Shown here in pieces: positions 1 to 9,429 of a stretch of 64,000 bases of DNA. Below the pieces are notes generated by a model. That model did no database searches and was not told where the DNA came from. It saw only the letters and a list, made by a program, of their open reading frames with translations. This stretch comes from Takakia lepidozioides. Lineage: Eukaryota; Plantae; Bryophyta. The stretch lies in assembly GCA_030704615.1 (NCBI GenBank), contig CM060732.1:55676001-55740000 (forward strand), read 5' to 3'. Both the position numbers and the translations under genes were made by a program. Positions within the stretch are counted from its first letter, which is position 1. Every line of letters begins with the position of its first letter.

Positions 1-34
1 TGCAGTCATAACACAGAGACGTAAAAGCCGCAAT

Positions 35-1638
35 TTGTTGAAGTGCATGTGTGGAGCAGCACTACCACTAGTGCAGGTGGAGTCTGCTGCAGCCGTGACT
101 CGAGGAGCAGCACGAGTTCCTGAGCCATACGCTCATTCAGAGGATGTGCCACCTCCGGGAGAGCAGGATGACATGTATGGTATGGCGGAGTTACCTACCA
201 TGGTTGCTCAGACTCCATTGTGGGGCACGAGCAAGGATTTGCAGCGGGATGCTGATAGACGGGTGCAACAAGCCTGGGTGGAGGCTTTGGTACTATTAAG
301 AGAGGAGGAGAGTGCGGGGATTGCACCAGGACCACCTCAGTTATCTCCATTGGACACCACACCTATTGTGTGGCAGTATTCGGATGAAGGCATTTGTCTT
401 CTCGACTTGTTTGGCGGGATCAGCACCGGATTGGCTGCTGTGATACAGGCAAGTGTACGGGTTCGGCGTTACCTATATGTGGAGAGGGATGAGACTGCAC
501 GACGCGTTTCACTTCACCATGTTGGTCAGTTGGTGCAGCGGTACCCTGAGTTGTTGTCGGTGTCTGCAATTCGTGGATATCAGCAGGCCTTGCCAGCAGA
601 CAATTCGTTGCTGGGGGCGCAGGATTTGGAGCGGGTTGGCTCCACTGATCTGGTAGTGGCAGGTTGGCCTTGCCAAGGGCATTCATCAGCCGGGCATGGC
701 AATGGATTGCGAGACTTGAGGTCGGTCTGTTTTAGGAGATGATGCGGGTTTTGCGTCACTTGCAGCTTCATCAAGCTGTATCTCCAACATACATCTTGGA
801 GAATGTGCCATTGATGGGCGATTCTCGGGCCAGGGTGATGGCCAGTGTGCATCAAGTCCGGTCGTGGCTTGGGTCAGCAGTGTTGCTAGATGCAGCTACA
901 GTGGGGTCATGGGCTCATCGTCCACGGCTATGGTGGACTAACCTGATGCCACCTGCACTGCTCAAGCGTGCATTTGATGGGGTGCAGCGGCCAGCACATC
1001 TCACAGTGGATAGCATTCTGGACACAGGGAGGCAGTCTCAGTGTGTGAGACACGATGACCGTTCGCCTTTGGCAGTGGTCAACAAGGTGGGTCAACCACG
1101 AGCAACATTACCTACACTGTTCAGCTTCCCAGGATCGCATGCTTTCCGGGATAGTGGACCTGGCCTCCTGTGGGATGCTCAGTTGCAGCAGTTAGTGGAG
1201 CCTAATGCTGACGAGCGTGAGCGGGCAATGGGTTTTACCACTGGTACCACGGCGGTGTCGTCTCTTTCTGAGGCATCACGTCATCAAGTGTTGGGGCAAG
1301 CAATGGATCTCAATTGCTTGACCTGGATTATCAGCTTGGCTATGGCTGAGCAACGCAGAGTGCGGAGTACACTTCCCTCGATGGTCTCTCTGCCTACCGA
1401 GACGGTACAGGCAGTGAGTGGGGGCGAGCATGTGAGGACCACGGGGTGCAGACATCCATGGCACACGTGGGAGGTGCTCGAGGTTCAGAGGGAGTTGGCA
1501 GCCAAGGTGGCGATGAAAGATGAGGTTGGGGATTTTTCTCGGGTGGAGGAAGTCCTTGAGGATAAGATGATGGGGCAAGATGAGGCCTTGTCACTGACTG
1601 AGCAGGTAGGGAGTACTGCTCAAGAGGTTGCAACATAG
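35..1638 (+). pseudogene. DNMT3-like cytosine-5 DNA methyltransferase domain of the retrotransposon polyprotein (one frameshift near 725-735)
   Basis: Motif I LLDLFGG (~398-418), motif II YVERD, motif IV GWPCQG (662-679, catalytic PC), motif VI ILENV (793-807), motif VIII HRPRLWWTNL (~916-945), motif IX ERERAMGF and motif X LGQAMD (~1291-1308), in canonical order across ORFs 35..742 and 739..1638. Confidence 0.92.
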
Positions 1639-1752
1639 CAACCACTGGACGCGTCCTCTACCTCTAAGCCCACTGGACTTAAGGTTGCAGTTACGGAGGA
1701 CAATTGGGAGCCTGACATTGGACCCATTGTCACCGGAGGAGAGAGACGACGT

Positions 1753-4700
1753 ATGCGGCGGTTCATGAGGGCTTACAGGAATTGCTTTGCCTTCAATTTG
1801 AAGGACTTGGGAGCACTGAAGGGTCAAGAGATCCGTATTGAATTGGCCACTGACACGCCAATCTTTCGGAGACCCTATAGATACAGTGACATGGAGAGGT
1901 CTTTGATTCAGATGAGGACTCAAGATCTCTGGGAGGCAGGTTTGGTTGAGCTCTCTGGTGAAGAGTATGCTTCAGCCACAGTGATGCCAGCCAAGAAGGA
2001 TGTCTATGGCAAATGGACGAAGAGACGTATGTGCGGTGATTACCGGCCTGTAAATCGTCAGACCAAGTCCGATAAGTATGCCATGCCAACACCAGAGGAG
2101 ATATTTGATGCCATCGGACATGCTAAGGTCTTTAGCACTTTGGATTTACGATCCGGATATCACCAGTTGCCAATCAAGGAGGCGGACAAGCAGAAGACGA
2201 CATTCTGGGGATCAATGAGCACGGCAAGGATTGCCTATATCAGTGGCGGTTCTTACCATTTGGGCTTAAGAATGCTCCTGCAGAGTTTCAGAGAGTCATG
2301 GATAGGATTTTAGTAGGGGTGGACTTTGCTCGGTGCTACATAGATGACATCATCATCTTTAGTGTTACGATGGAGGAGCATGAGAGACACCTTCAGGTGG
2401 TATTGGAGCGCTTGAGAGCGCACGGATTGAAGTTGCATCCGGGGAAGTGCAAGTTTTTCCACAACCAGATTGAGTATCTGGGTCACATGATATATCCTGG
2501 AGGATTGGGGGTACAACACACTAAGGTAGAGGCCATTGCACAAATTCCATGCCCCACGGATGTGAGCCGAGTTCGAGCTTTCATGGGGTTGGCAAACTAT
2601 TATAGACGGTTTGTCAAGGGATTTAGTACCATTGCAAAGGCTCTAACCAAGCTGACCAAGGTGGACCAGGAGTGGCAGTGGGAAGATGAGCAGGAACGAG
2701 CTTTTCAAGAGCTCAAGGCGAGGTTGACCTCGGCACCTATCCTGAGACGACCTATCAGGGGGCGTCCCTTTCAGCTGCATACGGATTGGAGCATGCTGGG
2801 GCTTGGAGCGGTGCTCACACAGGTGGATGATGATGGAAGAGAGTTCGTAGTGGCTTATGCTAGCCGCTCAAAAAACGCTGCAGAGGCTAAGTACAGCTCA
2901 TATGAGGGAGAGTGCTTAGCTGCAGTGTGGGCCGTGGCACACTTCAGGTGCTATCTATACAGCAATCTTTTCATCCTTGTCACGGATCACCAGCCACTCA
3001 AGTGGTTGATGGAGTCAGACAAGCTTACGGGGAAGCTTGCACGGTGGGCACTCATATTCCAGGAGTATGACTTTCAGGTTGTGCATCGACCGGGTTTGGT
3101 CAATCGGGATGCAGATGGATTGAGTCGCAATCCATGCATGAGCCAGCATGATGACACTGGAGCTCGGTGGCATGGTGAGACGGACGAGGAGATGGTGCCG
3201 CGATGGCATGCATCTCCATTTTTGTGTATCTTGGCATCGGGAGGTCAGGTTGGACCTACAACAGGGATGACTGTAGACGGAGTGTCTGAGGACCCTAAGG
3301 CTAGTGATGAGCAAGGTGGTGCCAGAGATATACATGAGGATTCGGCTGTGTTGGACTACCTCCGCACGGGAGACACGGCAGCCACTGTGACTGCCAGCGA
3401 GAGGGATCGGATCCTGCAACGAGCGAAGAGGTTCAAGTGGGAGGGGATACACCTACTTTGAGTGTGGGAGGATGGTCGGGTGAGGATTGTGCCTCACCCC
3501 ACACAGCGTGCACGGTTAGTGCGGCATGCCCATGAGGAGTTGGGGCATTTTGGAGTGCGACGCACTCACAGTTTAATGCAAGGGCAGTATTGGTGGCGTG
3601 GTATGCATACAGAGGTGCAACAGTTCGTGGCTAGGTGCATGGTGTGTGACAGGGTGCGTGCTTCATTCAACACCCCTACACCACAGTTGCATCCTTTACC
3701 AATCATGGGATTGGGCTACAGGTGGAGTCTTGACTTCGCAGGACCGTTGCCACTGACTATGCGCCACCACAGATATGTGTTGGTGATGGTGGAGCACTTC
3801 TCCAAGTGGATTGAGTTGGTTCCATTGCCTGACAAGGCTAGTGAGGGGGCTGCGTATGCATTCTTGGATCGTGTGCTTAGCTGATTTGGTGCTCCAGCTG
3901 AGGTACTCACGGACCAAGGGAAAGAGTTCTTGGGGGAGTTTCAGGCTTTGTGTGATAAAGCCTTGATAGACCACTACACCACTTCTCGGGATCATCCTGA
4001 GGCCGATGGCTTAGTAGAGAGAGTTGTTCAGACGGTGAAGAGGGGTTTGCACAAGTATGGTTTGCAGAAGGGACACCTAGGAGATTGGGATCTTCAGGTT
4101 CATTGGTTAGCCATGGGCTAAAGGTTCAGCAAACAAACATCACTTGCCTCCTTCTCACCATATTTCCTTCTCTTTGGCCGAGAGCCGGATTTTCCTGCAG
4201 CCATTCGTAGGGACACTGCTCAAGTCCTTAACCTTGACGATCCGGACGTGTGGGTACGTGCATGTGATCAGCGTGCAGAGTTGTTCAAGAAAGTCATGCC
4301 CATGGCTTTTGAGAACCTTGCCATTGCACAGCACCGGGATACGTTGAGGTATGCCACTATACGTGGTGGAGGATATTGTCCTGGGGTTCGGAGGTTTAGC
4401 CCTGGTGACTATGTTTATTTGCAGCAGACTGCTCCTACGACTCTGGATGTTATTGCAGGGCGTGTTATTCTGAGGGTTCGAGAGGTGTTGCCCTCAGGGG
4501 TCCTGATCTTGGAGGGTCGGGATGGCATGACTTGGAAGGACCATGTGCGTAATTGTGCGCCATGTCACCTTCCCAATGTCGATGGCAGAGTTGACCCAAA
4601 CTTGGCAGTGGTACCTGCAGGTTTGAGGTGCATGCTCTGTGGGTCTGCCAAAGGGGCAGCCACCATGCTGGTGTGTGATCGATGCTCAAGGGGTTGGCAT

Positions 4701-4772
4701 ATGGGATGCTTGACACCACCTCTTGAGAAGGTTCCTGACGGAGATTGGTTGTGTCCACACTGCTTGGGATAG
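1753..4772 (+). pseudogene. pol: reverse transcriptase, RNase H, integrase, C-terminal PHD finger (frameshift ~2210; in-frame stops at 3459, 3882, 4119)
   Basis: ORFs 2298..3461, 3462..3884, 3930..4121 and 4248..4772 share one frame. Terminal CMLC...LVCDRC...WHMGC...WLCPHC (4629-4763) is a C4HC3 PHD finger. Confidence 0.93.
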
Positions 4773-5020
4773 TGGCAGTGGACATGACTGGAGGCAACTA
4801 ACAAGACATGGGAGGCCAAGCTCCTAGGAGTCAATACATGAGATCCCAAGCTCAAGTTCACAGGTTGCAAGATGGCGACTAACGATGGGGCAACTCTTGC
4901 ACCTGGCCTCTTGATCTATCGAGTTTGAGTGTAGTAGGGATAGTGGTGGAGGACTTAGTGAGGCTATGGTCACTATCACATCTTGTGGCTACCTGGACTT
5001 AGAGGGACCTAAGCACCAGC

Positions 5021-5208
5021 TAGGGGGGCGATTGTGTAGACTAGTGACTGCCATAGTGGGCAGCATAGTGGCAGCCTAGTGAGTGACTAGTTGTAGCCTA
5101 GTGGTTGGACTAGTGGTGGACTAGTGGTATACTAGTGTGTGGTGTGCACATGTGTTGTGTGGTTTTGGACAGCGATGTAGTTGTGTAGCGATATGTATGC
5201 GTACGACA
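5021..5208 (+). repeat. Polypurine tract (5021-5031) and short 3' LTR (~5033-5208)
   Basis: TAGGGGGGCGA is followed by TGTGTAG...GTACGACA (TG...CA ends, imperfect terminal inverted repeat). Host repeat sequence resumes at 5209. The 5' LTR is not in the window, so this cannot be confirmed by pairing. Confidence 0.65.
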
Positions 5209-7780
5209 GATAGAGTGTGGCCAGATTACAGGCACAAGATTACTTATGATTCCACGTGAATCAATAGCTACTAGCAACCTGCATGGGTAGATGGTCAACT
5301 GGAAGCTGCAGCAGCAATTCAAGCATTGCTAATGAAGCAACACATTTCACCCTGTTTTTCTCTCTTATCAGAATTGGCCCTGAATTTTCATGTTGAATTC
5401 TGCAAGTTAGCTTGTTGACTGAACCTTCAATAGTTTGGAGGGACTGACTGATATTGCCAATGTGACAACAAAGTATCCTGAAACAGGTAACAGAGACAAG
5501 GAGACCAGGAGCTGTGGAATGAATAGTTTTCTGACCCAAGTCAATGGTGGGACAATCGAGGCAAAAGACAAATGCCTGTTGATTTCAGAGAGTAGAAAAT
5601 GCAGTTGAGCATAGGAACTAGTGTGAAAAGTTGAGTTGGGTTTTTCCTAGAACAATTATAGGCTTGCATTGTTAGTTACTAGCAGCAAGGCAAGGGTGAA
5701 TGCATGATTTGTGCGGAGGCATGGATAGGTGAAGGAGCAGGGCAGTTGTAGGATTGGGTGGGTCAAAAGCGGCACATGTTGGTTTGGTCTTAGCAGGCCG
5801 TGAGGGCACCTTCTTCTTCAACCTATTTCAGCCTGTTTTTCCCTCTTATCAGACTCGGGCCTAATATGCATATTGAAATCTGTAAGTTAGCTCGTTGGTG
5901 CAAGAGAGAGAGTCAGCTTGGTCTTAGCAGGCCGTGCTTTGTTCAAAGCTGGAATTGTACCTAATGTCATTCTGAACACTGCCTGGCAGCTCTGGAAAAG
6001 GGGAAAGAGGTCGACATGTTTGCAAAATGAAGGCCTTACTTGGTGCCTGCAGAATCCATGGCAATGTGGAGATGGTTGAACGTGCGGCATGAAGGTACCT
6101 TCTTCAACACATTTCACCCTGTTTTTCCCTATTACCAAAGTAGTCCCTAAATTTTCATATAGAATTCTGCAAGTTAGCTCGTTCGTGATGTGAGGTTGCA
6201 TGAGTTTTATACCAATCTTTCACGATGGTGGGACAACCGCAATCACCAGGTGTGGCTTTTCTTAATGTACGATGTGAAGAAGTTCGTCCATCCTGCAAAG
6301 ATGGGCTCTTGACTCTTGTGAGTACCATGATTTAGTATTCTTCCTAATGTTTACAAGGTTATTGGGAGAGTCAGCTTGCAGGTCTTAGCAGGCCGTGTTT
6401 CAATCTCTGCCTGCTCAGCTGCACCGTGGTGGTTCTCACAGACCAATCTGACATTACCTGACTTCAGACAAACAACAAACACAAGAGGTCCTTTTGGGTT
6501 GATGGTCGGTCAAATCCTCCATGGGTCAAGGACAATGTGGTGAGGGCACATTTTAGCCTGTTTTTCCCTCTCATCAGACTTGGCCCTGATGCATGTTGAA
6601 TTCTGCATGGGTGATAAGTACGGTTGGGTGTTTGCTGGAACAATTGTAGGTTGTCATTGTCAGCCGCTAGCAGCAAGGGAAGGATGTATGCATGATTTGT
6701 GTAGAGCTTGGATAGCTGAGGGAGCAGGGGTAGAGTCTGGCCAGTCCAGATTCATCCAAGAGGGCGGGACTTCAAGCTCACGATTACCTATAATTCCCTG
6801 TGGATCAATAGCTGCAAGAAACCTGCATGGGTAGATGGTCAACTGGAAGCCGCAGCAACAGCGGCACAATTGATAAAATCAGGCACTACTAATGAAGGCA
6901 CCTTCTTCAACACATTTTCACCCTGTTTTTCCCTCTTATCAGAATTGGCCCTAAATTTTCATGTTGAATTCTGCAAGTTAGTTGGTTGAGTGAACCTTTT
7001 GATAGTTTGGAGTGACTTTGACATGGTACTGCCAATGTGACAACAGGGAAGTATCCAGAAACTGGTAATAGCTGAGACGAGGAGAAGCTGTGGAATGAAT
7101 ACTTTTCTGACCCCAGTCCAAGGTGGGACAATCGAGGCAAAAATGTGAATGCCTGTTGGATTACAGAGAGTAGCTGATGCAATTGACCATAGTGATAAGT
7201 TGAGTTGGGTGTTTCCTAGAACAAATCTAGGCTGTCATTGTCAGGTGCTAGCAGCAAGGGAAGGATGTATGCATGATTTGTGCAACGGCATGGATAGCTG
7301 AAGGAGCAAGGATAGAGTCTGGGTCCAGATTCATCCAAGAGGGCCGGACTTCAAGCTCCAGATTACCTATGATTCCATGTGGATCAATAGCTACAAGAAA
7401 CCTGCTCCATGGGTAGATGGTCAACTAAAGGTAGCAGCTGCAGCGGCACAGTTGATAAAATCAGGCACCTCAACCATGACCACAGCTTCTAAAAGAGGAT
7501 CAAGAGAGGTGGCTGAACGAGATGTGGTGTTTTGGAGTGCCATGATTGCGAGGTATGTGCAGCATGGGTATGGGATTTAGGCTTTGGAAATCTAGGAGCA
7601 AATGATGTGGGAAGGGATTAAGCAAGACCAGGTCATGTTCATTTGTGTTTGTAATATGCATATGGGAGCCTAGCAGCCCTGGGAAGGGGCAAAGAGGTTC
7701 ATGGTGACATTATCAAAAGCTGGAATTGTACCAGATGTCGTTCTGAACATTACCCTGGTGTACATCTACATCAAATGTGA
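5209..7780 (+). pseudogene. Tandem degenerate copies of a gene with OSB-type PDF motifs followed by PLS-type PPR repeats
   Basis: LWNE*FSDPSQWWDNRGK (5512-5565), EFYTNLSRWWDNRNHQ (~6202-6249), PDF..KQTQEVLWVDGRSNPPWV (~6455-6530, frameshifted), HPRGPDFKLQITYDSMWINSYKKPAPWV (7330-7415) running in frame into DVVFWSAMIARYVQHGYG..ALEI*EQM..GIKQDQVMF..GKEVHGDIIKAGIVPDVVLNITLV. DNA blocks repeat 3-4 times (e.g. 5250-5720 vs 6800-7300). Confidence 0.75.
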
Positions 7781-8027
7781 GCCTGGCAGCCCTGGCCAGA
7801 GAAGAACATGAAGAGGGCTTACAATTTCGTTCGCCCGGGCGTAGACATTGCTGGCAATGAGAAGAAGGCAGGAAAGCAGTTCAGTGTTCCTAGCATGCAT
7901 GCGGAGACGCCGTGTAGAAGTTAGGCTCAAACTTTTATCATGGCTGGATTTTGTTGACAATGTTCCAACACTTACTCTCTGGGATTTTATATTTTATTGG
8001 AGCTTGAATCCCCAATGGTACTTCTTT

Positions 8028-8905
8028 CACTACACTAGTGGTATGTGTTCCTCTAGTCATGTTCCTAATCACTTGCACGCCACTGTAATAGTGGTATAAT
8101 TTAAAACTGTAAGAGTAGCCAAATATACACACAATTGCCTCCATTACCACTCATGTAGTGGTATAAGTAATCACCTATATATTACTGTATTAGTGGTATG
8201 AATTCCTCCAGTGGTATTCCTAATCACTTACACACCACTCTGTTAGTAATCATTCCAATCCATAGTTCCCACTCAGAGAGACACCATGGATGATTCAAAC
8301 AGCTTACATACCACTATGTGGGTAATCATTCCAATGACCTGCTGAGTGTCATCCACTCACATAACCACGGTTTGAGTGATATTGTATATTCTCAGTTTTC
8401 ATAGAATAACTCTGTCAGTCATTTCGCGATCACTCAACAAGTGGTTTCGGAAGTCATTGAATTTTTCACTCCATCCATTTCGTAGCACCGACACATGACA
8501 CGTGTCCATGCTGAGAGTGTCGTCACGTGTCAACATAATCTCCAATATCATCCACGGACCACCGACTTCCACGTATCCACTGGGAAACGGAAGTGGTTAC
8601 TTTACCACTATAACACGTCAGTTTACCACTGTGACACGTCAGAAGTGGTTGGTTTACCTCAGTAACACGTCATTGACACGTCACAATGGTTAATTTACCA
8701 CTGTGACATGTCAGCGAACAGGTGGACCCGGACGTGAGTGGTTCGAACCACTGTCCTTAACCACTGATGCCACGTAATGTCTTTTATCACTCACTTGTCC
8801 TAATCCACTGGTTCTTCATCACTCTGGGGCCAGAGTGGTTTAGTGTCTTTTACCACTCAAAATGAGTGGTTAACAGAGTGGTTATTCCGCATTTTTCTTC
8901 TAGTG
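8028..8905 (-). mobile_element. CACTA (En/Spm)-type non-autonomous element, one intact terminus
   Basis: The minus strand starts CACTAGAAGAAAAATG at 8905. Dense ACCACT/AGTGGT subterminal repeats occur in both orientations across 8030-8885. The left boundary is uncertain. Confidence 0.6.
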
Positions 8906-9429
8906 CATGGCGCACCCAGAAAGACATCATACATTACTCTATGGTGCTAAAATCTTTCACAACCGCCTCAACAGCCTATCATAAATTCAACAACTCGACA
9001 GGCTTTTATTTCCACGATCAGCAGCACGGATCACTACACCGCCAGTCCTTTCCGCCCCTTCCTTCATCGCCACTACTATTTACATGCCTAAACTATAATC
9101 AAAACCAGGTAGAAACATGTTACCCACATCTGATCGTCATAAACAGGTTGGTATCGCTCCGCCGTCATGCCCGCCAGTACTCCATCGTTGCCATAGCCCT
9201 TGGCAACACCACACACTTAGGTTATCGTGCTTCCTTATCTCCTACTGGTTGCAGCCCGATTTACCAGGCTGCCATTGCCTTCTGCCCTCATCTCCTTCAT
9301 CACTACCTCTAATCAGATGCCTACAGCAAGATAAACAAAAAAAACATAGAGAACTCGTTCTGTCTTGTCATAAACAGATTGCCTTGCTCGGCATATTCAC
9401 ATGCCTACGAACCCTATCTTACAGGTGAT

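Larger units (their letters stand above)
1..5208 (+). mobile_element. Ty3/Gypsy LTR retrotransposon carrying a C5 DNA methyltransferase and a PHD finger (5' part lies outside the window; degenerate copy)
   Basis: Domain order DNMT - RT (CGDYRPVN, LDLRSGYHQ, YIDD at ~2337-2348) - RNase H (LHTDWS, YSSYEGECLAAVWAV, TDHQPL) - integrase (H-H-C-C zinc finger, LDFAGP, TDQG, HPEADGLVER) - PHD, then a polypurine tract and an LTR. RT-RH-INT order is the Gypsy arrangement. Confidence 0.93.

Noticed and set aside
35-1638. Host DNMT3/DRM gene or bacterial restriction-modification methylase
   Set aside because: Intronless, in frame with RT, and inside a unit ending in PPT+LTR; no UBA/PWWP domains or cognate endonuclease.
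5209-7450. LTR pair or CRISPR-like long repeats
   Set aside because: The repeat units translate into PDF-motif exons with splice-like boundaries, so they are gene duplications.
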